A stretch of 64,000 bases of DNA from a virus (Duplodnaviria > Caudoviricetes). The notes below the pieces were generated by a model. The model was given only the letters and a program-made list of their open reading frames with translations, had not been told where the DNA came from and did no database searches. The translations under genes were made by a program, and so were the position numbers. Positions 16,040 to 26,186 of the stretch are shown here, piece after piece; within the stretch, counting starts at the first letter, position 1, and the number at the start of each line of letters is the position of its first letter. The stretch is from IMG/VR virus record IMGVR_UViG_3300032038_000022, positions 1 through 64,000 of that record. The stretch is one strand, 5' to 3'.

Positions 16040-18361
16040 TTATGGCTGATTATTAGTATCCACCCTGTCTTCGAGGACAGTTTTGTAGTAGGAAGAACTA
16101 TTATTCTCTTTAGTTCTTTCCATGTGTTCAAGGGTAAGTTGGTTACCAAACTTATCGATGAACTCTAGAAACTTACTTCGACTCATGGCGCCATGTTCTC
16201 CAAGATAAAGGCCCATTTTTCTAATAAGTTTTTTCTCAGAGAATAAGTTTTTGTAAGTTTCATCTTTTAACTCATCCCATCTAGTTCTCATAGCTTCTTC
16301 TAGAGTACATTCATGGTTCTTATAGATTAGTTTTGAGTGTAATCCAAAGCCTGAAGACATACCGTTTCCGGTTTCCTCTACTTCGAAGTTAGAGAATGAC
16401 ATAGGTTCAAAATATCCGACTCTTAGTACTGCTAAGGATAGTGATTTCCATGCTGATCTAATATCGTTACTAGATCCTAAGAGGCACCTTTCTGGTCTAT
16501 CGCCTCCATAGATTAATTGTTCAGCAAGGTATCCGCCAAAAGATATCATAATATCATTATCTACATCAGCTTTACATTCTATTTCTCCTTCTTTTTCAGG
16601 ATCATAAGTACTACAGAACCCACCTTTATCAGTAGACACTGCCACTATATTTTGTGGTGCTTTGCCTGTAAGAAGTGCCATCATAATAGCATGTCCGGAT
16701 TCATGAACTCCGCTAATAAATCGTGTAGCTCTTGATGTAGGATTCCTAAGTGACCCAAGTTGTAATTTATAATCATATTCTACTACCCTTCCGTCTTGGA
16801 ACGTAAGTATTATTGTAGTTGTAGGTACTTTAAACTCACGGTCTGTCCAATCAGATTTATCTTTAATATCAATACTAACCCTAGTATCATCTTCTTTCAT
16901 ATTGATTAATATTTCAGAGAAATATGGGGTTAGCATTGATCCAATAGTAGTAAAGATGGGTCGTACACCTTGAGTAGGATATACACCTTCCGCATAGAGT
17001 AGGTTATAAATTTCTTCACTAACAATTACTTCTAGATTAGGAGCAACAGTTTTAAAGTCTTTTATAATTCTCTCTACTTCCAGTCTAATAATTTTTTCGA
17101 AGTGAACTTTCTTCATCGTTGGATACTTGATCATATTATTTCCTATTCTAGCGATTTGTTCTGCTCTAAAGCGCTGTGTTAGTGCTTCTTTGATATCAGA
17201 GACAGTTACTTTGCTAGTAATATCATTAAATATGTCAGCGTCCATATCAGGATTAAGTTCATCTTCGACGCCAAAAGCTTCATCAAGATTTCCAATAATA
17301 AATACCAGACATCTTGAACAGTTGAGAGTCTTAGGAGAATTACAAATCTTAGTTACATTTTTTAAGATTTTGTAAACTTCAAGGACAGTCTCAGCTGAAT
17401 AAAGATCTTGAATAGTTTTTTTACTTAGTTCAAAATCAACAGAATTCAGTCGTTTTACTATAGTTTTAATCTGGCTAATAGGAACTAGTTTTAGAGGTCT
17501 ATAAGGATCTTTTTTCTTTTTACTTGTATCCTCTTCTAGTTCTTCCATAGAAGATCGATTTATAATATGACTTTCTTCTTCATCTTCACCATCGTAATCA
17601 ACCTCTTCCTGTTCATTAGGTTTTGCTGTTTCGCCTGTAGGGATATTAATTTTTCTTTCAAGACTTGGAATTTCACGCCATGGATAGACGTAACATCCAA
17701 TATTCTCTAAGATTTCCTTAATATCATTTGGGTCAGTAATTACATTTTCTTTTACCCTAATTCCAGGATATTTTTTTGCGAAAGGTTCCAGATCTTCCAA
17801 GAATGAACAGAACTTATTATAGTCATAATTATAAGTATCTGTTAGATCAAGGTTGCCATCATCAATAATTTTCCAAATGGGTCTTAAGCTACTTTTAACT
17901 ACTTCCTCATGTTGTTCATTAAGTGTTCTGGCATACTGAAACTCATCAAAAATGTATACAAGATCTTGAGCCATATCCTCATTTGCTTTTCCAAGAGAGC
18001 TAGGATCTTCTGAATCAACCCCAAGAATTTCACAGGTTTGATTAATAATACTATTAATACTATTATTATCAGACCCTGCTTCTCGTCCACAGTCAAAATA
18101 GAGGGTTTTGTTATTAATTTTCAATAATTCTGTTAATCTTTTCACAACAGAGCTTTTACCAGTACCAGTCATTCCAAATAGACTTACGATAACTGGTCTT
18201 TTTATAACCTCTGGAGTTATATACCAAGGTTTCACTGATTTCATAATCTCATCAATAACGTCATCCAGTCCTACAAATTCTTTTTTAAGGATTTCTGTAG
18301 CGGACTTTAGAGTATTAATTCGATCCTGTCGTGAAAGTTGAATCTCTTCTTTCTCTAACAT
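16040..18361 (-). CDS. Clp-like AAA+ ATPase fused to an FtsH/M41-type zinc protease domain
   Basis: GMTGTGKS, IFDEFQ, RFRAEQIARIG, GVRP; C-terminal HESGH...GGYLAE...GS..D; no TM segment. Confidence 0.8.
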   Translation of the reverse strand: MLEKEEIQLSRQDRINTLKSATEILKKEFVGLDDVIDEIMKSVKPWYITPEVIKRPVIVSLFGMTGTGKSSVVKRLTELLKINNKTLYFDCGREAGSDNNSINSIINQTCEILGVDSEDPSSLGKANEDMAQDLVYIFDEFQYARTLNEQHEEVVKSSLRPIWKIIDDGNLDLTDTYNYDYNKFCSFLEDLEPFAKKYPGIRVKENVITDPNDIKEILENIGCYVYPWREIPSLERKINIPTGETAKPNEQEEVDYDGEDEEESHIINRSSMEELEEDTSKKKKDPYRPLKLVPISQIKTIVKRLNSVDFELSKKTIQDLYSAETVLEVYKILKNVTKICNSPKTLNCSRCLVFIIGNLDEAFGVEDELNPDMDADIFNDITSKVTVSDIKEALTQRFRAEQIARIGNNMIKYPTMKKVHFEKIIRLEVERIIKDFKTVAPNLEVIVSEEIYNLLYAEGVYPTQGVRPIFTTIGSMLTPYFSEILINMKEDDTRVSIDIKDKSDWTDREFKVPTTTIILTFQDGRVVEYDYKLQLGSLRNPTSRATRFISGVHESGHAIMMALLTGKAPQNIVAVSTDKGGFCSTYDPEKEGEIECKADVDNDIMISFGGYLAEQLIYGGDRPERCLLGSSNDIRSAWKSLSLAVLRVGYFEPMSFSNFEVEETGNGMSSGFGLHSKLIYKNHECTLEEAMRTRWDELKDETYKNLFSEKKLIRKMGLYLGEHGAMSRSKFLEFIDKFGNQLTLEHMERTKENNSSSYYKTVLEDRVDTNNQP

Positions 18362-18508
18362 ATCATTGTTTTTTAAAATTTTTCATACATAGTTAAGGTT
18401 CTGAAGCCCTGATGACCTTATTTTTGTAATAAATGACAACAAAAGACTTACGAGAAAATTAAAAATAATGAGAAAATATTATTATGATATAAAACAAATA
18501 AAATAATT

Positions 18509-19291
18509 ATGGTAATTGAAGTTTTAAGACAGAAGTATAAAGTTGGTTGTAGAAGAGGTATTAATAAGATTGAGAAAAAGTATCTCTTAGCTGAACTTAA
18601 TATGATTATTGAATGGAAGTATTGCTCATTCCCTAAAAAACTTGATGAAAGCAAAGTAGAGAAGGATGAAGATGGTAATGTTATTAAGCCTGAAGGTGGC
18701 TTTCCTGAAGATTTATACATAGAGGATAGAGAGTTCTTAGGTCATGAGCCAGAATTAAAACCCGGAGACTGTTTCTTGTTTGAGGGACAAGTTATTGCAG
18801 TAGACGAAGATGATAGATTAGTTCTTATTACTTCAGAAACTGGTAGTTGTGCTTTACAGCGGGTATGGGAAGACATTATTGAACCTGAAATTGATATGAT
18901 ATTTAATGATTTTCCAATTAATGATGTAGAGTGGGAAGAGTGTCCTAAAGATCAGATCCCCGCTAATTATGAAGTAGTAACGCCATCTTATAAATACTAT
19001 AAGATATGGAAGGATCACTTTGTAGCGGGCAGATTTGAAGATAATGATGATCTATGCATTAAATGTGAAATAGATACTGATGATCTTATCATGCCAACTA
19101 CTATTTATATGCGTAAATGGAATGTGAGATATGATCCAAATGATTTCATGGACGAAAATCAGGCAAAAGATATTATGACACAAGTAATCTCTTGGTTCTA
19201 TCAGTATGAAAATAGAAAGGTTTACAACAAACCTAAAACTGCTGAAGACATACAACAGGAGCAACAACTTAAAGCTTCTTTGAATCCATAG
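18509..19291 (+). CDS. Acidic hypothetical protein
   Basis: 260-aa ORF with promoter box at ~18416 and terminator at ~19300. Confidence 0.75.
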   Translation: MVIEVLRQKYKVGCRRGINKIEKKYLLAELNMIIEWKYCSFPKKLDESKVEKDEDGNVIKPEGGFPEDLYIEDREFLGHEPELKPGDCFLFEGQVIAVDEDDRLVLITSETGSCALQRVWEDIIEPEIDMIFNDFPINDVEWEECPKDQIPANYEVVTPSYKYYKIWKDHFVAGRFEDNDDLCIKCEIDTDDLIMPTTIYMRKWNVRYDPNDFMDENQAKDIMTQVISWFYQYENRKVYNKPKTAEDIQQEQQLKASLNP

Positions 19292-19339
19292 AAAATAAAA
19301 AAAGGATAGAGTAATTAAATACTCCGTCCTTTTTATTTT

Positions 19340-19945
19340 TCATGAGCAGCAGATTATCAATGGTATAATAGAATTAGCTACTGATAGGAGAATAACAGCT
19401 ATGACGGTCATAATATATGCCTTTCCCCAAAAAGTATCCTTAGCGCCTTCATTGAATATAATGTCATTGGAAACTGCAGGGGCGCAAATACATACAATGA
19501 TAAGTATTGGTAGAATTACTAGCATTGGTATATACCATCCCCAGCCCCTTATTGGAAACCATTCATCGGGGTTACTTCTATCATTTGTATCATCAAGTTC
19601 ATCCAAGGTGATATACATTGTCAATGTTTTTACTCCTTGTTTTATCTGTTTCTCTTCAAAATAAGTGAGATTGTGTGTTGTATAAGTAAAATTGCCTTTT
19701 CTTAGAATATATTCTGTATTCAAACCATAATCTCTTCGATTTATTGAGTCTACTACCTCAAAAGTAAATTTCTTTGGAGTATTATAATCAATAATATCTT
19801 GTCTGTTTAAAATATATTTCCAGCATATTCCAGTATGAATAACTAAGAAGAGGAGAGCAACATAGATATAAGACATTGCTTCTACCTTATCACTATCCCT
19901 AAAAATACTACTAGGCCAGCCAATACTCATTTTAGAATCTTTCAT
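19340..19945 (-). CDS. Three-TM membrane protein
   Basis: Hydrophobic segments. Confidence 0.7.
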   Translation of the reverse strand: MKDSKMSIGWPSSIFRDSDKVEAMSYIYVALLFLVIHTGICWKYILNRQDIIDYNTPKKFTFEVVDSINRRDYGLNTEYILRKGNFTYTTHNLTYFEEKQIKQGVKTLTMYITLDELDDTNDRSNPDEWFPIRGWGWYIPMLVILPILIIVCICAPAVSNDIIFNEGAKDTFWGKAYIMTVIAVILLSVANSIIPLIICCS

Positions 19946-20145
19946 ATAGCTCTTTTTATGCTATCATATTTACCATACCTGTCAATACAAAATGCTATAG
20001 CTTCTTCTTCTGTAGGTTTATTGTAATGAACTGGTTTTAGGTCTGCTTTTAATTTAACACTAATGTCCCAAACTACTATTGGTTTTCCATTTACATCTGG
20101 TTCTATTTGTTCAGTAATCCAGATACTAGGATATTCTTTTGCCAT
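19942..20145 (-). CDS. Hypothetical protein
   Basis: ATGA overlap with the next gene. Confidence 0.6.
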   Translation of the reverse strand: MAKEYPSIWITEQIEPDVNGKPIVVWDISVKLKADLKPVHYNKPTEEEAIAFCIDRYGKYDSIKRAI

Positions 20146-20198
20146 AATGTATAAAAGTAAGGGCCCAGTTCATCTCTGAACCAGACCTGATTAATGGT

Positions 20199-20684
20199 TT
20201 ATAGTCCAACAATATTAGTTAATTGTATGTCTACCTTTTCTACGAACTTTTTTACATTCGTAGCATATCCGAGAGCAGTAGTTATAATTTGTTCAGCCTG
20301 TTCCTTCTTTTCTTCAGGAATTTTATCCAGAGCCTCATATATTTCTTCCTTAGAGATACCATGTCCAGTTGTACTATTATCATATATCTTAAAAATCTCT
20401 TCTACCTGTTCGTAATAGGGAGATGTTTCATGATTATGATTTTCTTCCGGTATATCTTGCTGCTCTGTATCCAATCCGAAAAAACTTTTTAATACAGCTA
20501 CTGCTTCATCTGCAGACGGACAAGTTTTCAAAATATTTTCTACAAAGTCCACCTTTTCTTCAGGGGTTTTTACACCTTTGTTAATCTCATCAACGGTCTT
20601 TTTATAAAACTCTTTACCGTTTTTTACTATAGCTTTTCTAGCTATACCTGCTACATTTAAAATTCTATTAATTCCTTTCTTCAT
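20199..20684 (-). CDS. Hypothetical protein
   Basis: ATG 2 nt after promoter box CCTTATATGTG (20687-20697). Confidence 0.75.
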   Translation of the reverse strand: MKKGINRILNVAGIARKAIVKNGKEFYKKTVDEINKGVKTPEEKVDFVENILKTCPSADEAVAVLKSFFGLDTEQQDIPEENHNHETSPYYEQVEEIFKIYDNSTTGHGISKEEIYEALDKIPEEKKEQAEQIITTALGYATNVKKFVEKVDIQLTNIVGL

Positions 20685-20751
20685 AACACATATAAGGAAA
20701 ATAAAGGCAGGACCACTTCTGTGTAATCCCGCCCATTATATTGGAGAGCAT

Positions 20752-21093
20752 TTATTCTGCTGGTTTCTCGTCAGTTGTTTCCTCTTTTTTATTACGCTTG
20801 ATATTCGCCTGTATACTGAACCGATTGGTATTGATGATCTTGATACATGCTAGATACTCGTCTAGCTTTTCTTCATCGTCCTCATCTTCCCATCCGCTTA
20901 CAGGTAACGCACCGAGGAAAGCAAATAATTCTTTGTTACTGTCCTTTTCCATCCAGGCAGAAATTTTTGCCCTTTTCACGTCTACTAAAGCCTTTGCGGC
21001 TTTCTCATAAATACTAACGGCTATAATGCCGCCGACTATTGAGGCTACTGCCCATGCACCAAACCTCAATCCTTCTTTTACAAATGTCTTCAT
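20752..21093 (-). CDS. Hypothetical protein with N-terminal anchor
   Basis: ORF with its own promoter box. Confidence 0.7.
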   Translation of the reverse strand: MKTFVKEGLRFGAWAVASIVGGIIAVSIYEKAAKALVDVKRAKISAWMEKDSNKELFAFLGALPVSGWEDEDDEEKLDEYLACIKIINTNRFSIQANIKRNKKEETTDEKPAE

Positions 21094-21127
21094 TTTCTTC
21101 TTCTTTTAAAAAAATTTGTTTTGCATT

Positions 21128-21170
21128 TCATATATAAGGCTTTGAAACTAATTTGGAACGGTAAAAAAGA
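21128..21170 (-). repeat. 43-bp promoter module, copy A
   Basis: 41/43 identical to 21575-21617; contains CCTTATATATG. Confidence 0.85.
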
Positions 21171-21177
21171 AAAGGGA

Positions 21178-21486
21178 TTAACCCTCTTCTTTACTAGATT
21201 TTATCCTAATGAATCTTAAAATCACAGAATCCCTAATTGTTACTATCGTATCTAACATGATTAGGGCCCATCCCAGTGTATTCCAAAATCCAGTTCCATA
21301 TAGGATTAACCAATAGATTACTAAGCTGGATATAATTGCAATCGTCCAACTTAGAATTGTTACAACTGTATCCTGAACCTCGTAAGCAGCCTTTAACATT
21401 GGATTTTTAGTTCTAATGTTATCCATTGTACAAATAATACTGCTGATTAGGTTCACGATAACTGCGATAATTGCTATTGTCTCCAT
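21178..21486 (-). CDS. Three-TM membrane protein
   Basis: Hydrophobic; lies between the two 43-bp modules. Confidence 0.7.
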   Translation of the reverse strand: METIAIIAVIVNLISSIICTMDNIRTKNPMLKAAYEVQDTVVTILSWTIAIISSLVIYWLILYGTGFWNTLGWALIMLDTIVTIRDSVILRFIRIKSSKEEG

Positions 21487-21574
21487 ATTTTTCTATTTAT
21501 TTTAATTGTTAATATTCTGAAAAAAAATAAAATAAATCTCCTTTTCTAATATTACTTAAGGAGTTATTCTTTTC

Positions 21575-21617
21575 TCATATATAAGGCTTTGAAACTAGTT
21601 TGGGACGGTAAAAAAGA
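21575..21617 (-). repeat. 43-bp promoter module, copy B
   Basis: See copy A. Confidence 0.85.
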
Positions 21618-21639
21618 GGGATATTTCACCCTCCTTTTA

Positions 21640-22518
21640 TTAAATTTCGCTAAGAGCCTGTTCAATTTGAGCCACATAATCCCTAAATTTCTCAGTATTT
21701 CTTAGATCTTGAGTTCTTTTTACCCCATAATCTATATCAATAATTTTATGGACAGCGCAAGGCCACGGTTTTAAAACAACTACTCTATTTGAAATCAAAG
21801 CTGCTTCTGTAACATCATGAGTTACATTAATAATAGTTGGATCAAGCTTTGAATTATAATAGATGTTCAATAAAGCATTCTGAATTTCTCGTTTCGAAAA
21901 GATGTCAAGCGCTCCAGTAGCTTCATCTAAGAGAAGAATCTGATCTCCCCTGATAAGACTTCTAGCAATAGCAACTCTCTGTAATTGTCCTCCTGATAGA
22001 GTATTTCCAGCCCATTTATGCTCATGACCTTCCAAACCAACTAAGCGAATCATATTCATAACTTTTTGATGAATTTCTTCACTACTGAGTTTTCCTTCCA
22101 TTTCAAGAGGCAAAGCTATGTTTTGGTATACAGTTTTCCAAGGAAGTGATGAATATCTTTGAAATACCATAGGAACTACAGTATCTTCGGTATATTCTTT
22201 TCCATACATATAAACTTTACCACTCTGTGGCTTTTTCAGTCCAGAAATAATTTTGAGCATCTCAGACTTGCCACAGCCACTAGGTCCACATATACTAATA
22301 AGCTGGCCCTCTTCTTTAAAATCTGGAATAGAGAAATTTAAATCTTTAAAAAGATGCTTTACTTCTCCATTAGATCCCTTGAATGCTACATTTACTCCGA
22401 CAAAGTCAATAACATTCGTAGACTCATGCCTAGAAAATTCTTGCTCTACCATCATTGGAGCTTCTATTTCCTGTTGAACATTAGATTGTTCTTCTACTTT
22501 CTTTTTAAATATGCTCAT
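21640..22518 (-). CDS. ABC transporter ATP-binding subunit (NitT/TauB/SsuB type)
   Basis: GPSGCGKS, VFQ, LSGGQLQRVAIARSL, LLLDEA, VTHD. Confidence 0.95.
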   Translation of the reverse strand: MSIFKKKVEEQSNVQQEIEAPMMVEQEFSRHESTNVIDFVGVNVAFKGSNGEVKHLFKDLNFSIPDFKEEGQLISICGPSGCGKSEMLKIISGLKKPQSGKVYMYGKEYTEDTVVPMVFQRYSSLPWKTVYQNIALPLEMEGKLSSEEIHQKVMNMIRLVGLEGHEHKWAGNTLSGGQLQRVAIARSLIRGDQILLLDEATGALDIFSKREIQNALLNIYYNSKLDPTIINVTHDVTEAALISNRVVVLKPWPCAVHKIIDIDYGVKRTQDLRNTEKFRDYVAQIEQALSEI

Positions 22519-23363
22519 GATTTATAAAAGATACTTTTTTTATTATACTTAAATGGGAACAGAATTGTAAACAGTTTACCAAAGAGATAGTCTTGTAAAC
22601 ATCCAATTACAATAACTAATACTAGAAGTGCATAAGCTGCTGGCATACATGACTGTCGTATCATTGTATTAATAAGTGCGCCAATACCGCTTATTCCACC
22701 ATCTTTATAGAGGAGTTCTGCAATGACTACATATGACCAAGATACTGCTAAAAGATTTCGTATAGAATCAGCAATATTACTTGTTACATATGGCCAATAT
22801 ACATACTTAAATTTCTGCCAATTAGTTGCCCCAAGTGTTCGTAGAGTCTGTAGGTATACATTATCTTCATTTACGGGATTTTGTAGGTCGTTAACTTTGT
22901 TAGCTACTTCAGGCAGTATATAAATTAACAGTGCAAACGCTAAGAATGCTTCTTTCATGCCAGTTGTAAGACCAAAGATAGCAATAAAGATACCACTAAT
23001 AGCCGGAACTGGTAGAAATCGTACAGAATTTATATATCTTCCAAGAACTACGTTAAAAGCTGGGTACAGAGCTATTATAAATCCCAACGGTAATGAGATT
23101 AATATAGCCCAAACATACGACATTAAGTTTAACTTAATACTATACCAAGCATTAGCCGCTAGATGATTTTCTGTAAATAAACTTCCAAAACTTGTTATTA
23201 CATCAATTGGATTAGGAAGAATCTTTGCAGGAATTACTCCAAAGTATGATATTAGCCACCATACTCCCAAAATGACTATGATTCCAATTGCTGAAATCAT
23301 TGGGGTTAATTTTCCAAAATCACTGGAACCACCCATCTTAAATAATTTTACTTTAGTTTCCAT
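22515..23363 (-). CDS. ABC transporter permease (TauC/SsuC type)
   Basis: LPNP.DV, RFLP..A, TLGATNWQ (EAA-like loop), W..V..AEL, GIG; ATG 23363 preferred. Confidence 0.9.
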   Translation of the reverse strand: METKVKLFKMGGSSDFGKLTPMISAIGIIVILGVWWLISYFGVIPAKILPNPIDVITSFGSLFTENHLAANAWYSIKLNLMSYVWAILISLPLGFIIALYPAFNVVLGRYINSVRFLPVPAISGIFIAIFGLTTGMKEAFLAFALLIYILPEVANKVNDLQNPVNEDNVYLQTLRTLGATNWQKFKYVYWPYVTSNIADSIRNLLAVSWSYVVIAELLYKDGGISGIGALINTMIRQSCMPAAYALLVLVIVIGCLQDYLFGKLFTILFPFKYNKKSIFYKS

Positions 23364-23520
23364 TTTGTACTTTAATTTCAAGACCTGAATTTTCTAAGAA
23401 GTCACAGATTTTATCACTAGTCTTCCAGGCTTTATTATCTCTAGCCTCTTTTCTTAGACCTATGATATAATTTACAACTCCTTCAAAATATATTATACAT
23501 AATAATATTTGTTGTTTCAT
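23353..23520 (-). CDS. 55-aa protein resembling the C-terminal anticodon-binding domain of cysteinyl-tRNA synthetase (absent from the ORF track)
   Basis: MKQQILLCIIYFEGVVNYIIGLRKEARDNKAWKTSDKICDFLENSGLEIKVQNGN; fills the operon gap and overlaps the permease start. Confidence 0.7.
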   Translation of the reverse strand: MKQQILLCIIYFEGVVNYIIGLRKEARDNKAWKTSDKICDFLENSGLEIKVQNGN

Positions 23521-23575
23521 AGTTTATAAAATTAGGTAAGGAGATAATATTTTCTACTACCTCCCTACCATTAAC

Positions 23576-25120
23576 TTATTCATTGATTAACTTAAAGTCA
23601 GTTGTTCTGTAAGTCTGATCTGGACCAACACTTCCAGCTGCTTTAGCATGAGCACTTCCATTACCAACAATTACAAATCTATTCGGGTCACAGCCACATT
23701 CCGAAGTTAGATAATCTGCTACTGCCTTAGCTCGTCTTTGAGACAAAGGTTTGTTAATTTCATCAGAGCCAGTATTATCAGTATTACCTTCAATTCGAAT
23801 TCGTGCATTACTAAATTGTTTTACTAGGAGTTTGAACTCTCGATCAATAATACTTTTTGCGTTATTATCAAGAATATCAGAACCAACAGCAAACTCAATA
23901 GTTACCGATTTATTTGAAATTGCAGCTGCCTCTTCCAATTTTTCAGTTGGAGCACTAAAAGTTTTTTGTTTTTCAGCACTTTGATCACCCTTTACAGATG
24001 TTGGATCTTCCATTAATCCCTCGATTATTGATGTAGTACTTGCTTTATTCCAGGATACTGGATGTTCGCAAAGTCCGAGGTCATCATAAGTTCTTGCCAT
24101 CTTAGAATACAATTCTTCACCTTTTACTCCTGTATATGAACTTCTAAGTCCAAAGAAATTAGCTTCATCCTCAAGAGTTACATAGTGAATATTCTTAGAA
24201 CCAGCAATAGCAAATTCCTCGTTTGTATCATAAGACTTAGCAAATGCTTTAGCGGCTTGTCGAACAGCAGTAGGATCAGTATTCATCTTAACATTAGCCA
24301 TTAGAAGAGCAGATATAAGTTTTTGAACTTTATCCTTATTTTCTTCTAGGTAGCTTTGTTTAGCAATTAAGCCATCACAGATAATGTTAGATGCTTGTTT
24401 TGTACTAACAAGAACTTTTCCAATACCTGCCTGTACAATATCTTGATCATCTGGACTATATACTACAGCACCATCACATTGTCCACTCTTGAATACTTGA
24501 GCAGCGGCAAGACCATCAGAAACAACTTTAATATTGACTTTTTTCGGATCAATAGTTGAACTAAGGTTTACTTTATCATATCCAATGCCACTTGTTTCAA
24601 GTGTATTAAGAAGTAGAGTATGAGAAGCTGTACCTTCCGAGCAAGCAATAACCTTTCCAACAAGATCACTAACTTTCATAATATTCTTGTTTACTACAAG
24701 TGCATCTGCTCCACGGCTCCAATTACTTATGTTAAAGAATCTAGCGTCAGATATTTCAGAATTTTCTCCCATCTCTACAGGCAAAGCATCAACAGTACAG
24801 TAAATGATATCAATATTACCGTTCTTGAATGCTATACGACCTGCTTGGAAGTCATCCTGAATTACAATCTTAAGCTTGAGACCATACTCTTTGTATAAAA
24901 TACAGTCTTCATTAGGTTCCAATCCATTATTCAAATACATGAATGGAAGGAATCCAGCATAAGTGTTAGTACCTACAGTGATTACATCCCCGTTATCAAA
25001 AAGGGAAAGATCTTTTGAATTGCTGTTCTTAAAAACTCCTGTTGCATTGAGAATTACTCCAGCAACAATGGCTACTAATGCAATACCTGCAATCTTCACC
25101 CAAGGTTGAACTTTTTTCAT
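23576..25120 (-). CDS. ABC substrate-binding protein (NMT1/SsuA-like) fused to an OmpA-like peptidoglycan-binding domain
   Basis: WSRGAD, GTASH; C-terminal RIEGNTDNTG...N..LS.RRA.AV...R; N-terminal anchor. Confidence 0.88.
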   Translation of the reverse strand: MKKVQPWVKIAGIALVAIVAGVILNATGVFKNSNSKDLSLFDNGDVITVGTNTYAGFLPFMYLNNGLEPNEDCILYKEYGLKLKIVIQDDFQAGRIAFKNGNIDIIYCTVDALPVEMGENSEISDARFFNISNWSRGADALVVNKNIMKVSDLVGKVIACSEGTASHTLLLNTLETSGIGYDKVNLSSTIDPKKVNIKVVSDGLAAAQVFKSGQCDGAVVYSPDDQDIVQAGIGKVLVSTKQASNIICDGLIAKQSYLEENKDKVQKLISALLMANVKMNTDPTAVRQAAKAFAKSYDTNEEFAIAGSKNIHYVTLEDEANFFGLRSSYTGVKGEELYSKMARTYDDLGLCEHPVSWNKASTTSIIEGLMEDPTSVKGDQSAEKQKTFSAPTEKLEEAAAISNKSVTIEFAVGSDILDNNAKSIIDREFKLLVKQFSNARIRIEGNTDNTGSDEINKPLSQRRAKAVADYLTSECGCDPNRFVIVGNGSAHAKAAGSVGPDQTYRTTDFKLINE

Positions 25121-25140
25121 TTTGTTCTTGTTTTAAATTG

Positions 25141-26184
25141 TTAATCAAAATATGAACTATTATCACTACTTTGTTGTCTAGGGGATGAAGCAAATTCTGG
25201 CATTGCTGAGTTCTGGAAGTTTACTCCAAAATTCCCTTTATCCGGTAAAGATTTCCAGTGTGCTTCAGAGAAGATTCCCTCTTGCTGCTCATATTTAGCA
25301 AGGATAAGATTAGCCTTATCAGACATAGCTGCATTATCAGCATCTGCTTGAGAAAGAATTCCATTAGTCTCATCAATCATTCCTTCAATCTCCCCAAGAT
25401 TAAAAGTAATTTCATTTTCCATGATTTCACAAGCCATTTCGAAGTCGCTCATAATATCAGGGTCACCATTAAGGGCTGATTTAATACTTCTAAAGGTTTT
25501 TCCGGTCTGTTTAATTTCTTCGTACTCTTCTTTCATAAGTTGAACTTTTTCTTGATTTAGTCCAACATTAAAAGTAGCATACTGTTGAAGTTTTACAAGA
25601 GCCTCTAACCATTTTTTAGAAGTAGATAGTCTTTGAGTTCTCTCTTTAAGTGCTTTTTCATACATTACAATTAAGCCATTAGTTTGAGTTGCAAAGCTAG
25701 CTTGGCCCATTTTTTCATAACGTTTCTTTTTAGAGAGTGCCTCATCGAGTTTATCTTTAGTTTCAGATACACGACGTTCATTCTTCTTAATCAGTCCACG
25801 TACCTTTGTAACATTCTCATCAACCTCTTTAATACGTTTCTGAAGATCTTTAATATAATCCTCTAGAATAGCCACTGGATCAATATTTATAAAAAATCCA
25901 GTAATCTTTCGCATAATGATGAAATAGGCTAAACCAAATGTATGCCAAAATTTCTTACTTGTTAAGATATAACCAAGAATTCCTATTGCAAGAAGCATAA
26001 GAATCAGGTACAGTACATTTGATGCTAGAGTGATCATAATTGGTAAAAGGTGCCAAAGGAGAAATAATCCTCCGCCGACAGCCAAACCAGCACAAATCAT
26101 TCCCAACGTTCCTCCAGGTTTTTCCCATGGAGATTTTCTGCTAATATTTTCATTATTAACAGGAATTAAGCCATTATTTTCCAT
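25141..26184 (-). CDS. Two-TM protein with long coiled coil (PspA-like)
   Basis: TM pair, DPVAILE..I.DL, long helical region. Confidence 0.65.
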   Translation of the reverse strand: MENNGLIPVNNENISRKSPWEKPGGTLGMICAGLAVGGGLFLLWHLLPIMITLASNVLYLILMLLAIGILGYILTSKKFWHTFGLAYFIIMRKITGFFINIDPVAILEDYIKDLQKRIKEVDENVTKVRGLIKKNERRVSETKDKLDEALSKKKRYEKMGQASFATQTNGLIVMYEKALKERTQRLSTSKKWLEALVKLQQYATFNVGLNQEKVQLMKEEYEEIKQTGKTFRSIKSALNGDPDIMSDFEMACEIMENEITFNLGEIEGMIDETNGILSQADADNAAMSDKANLILAKYEQQEGIFSEAHWKSLPDKGNFGVNFQNSAMPEFASSPRQQSSDNSSYFD

Positions 26185-26186
26185 AA

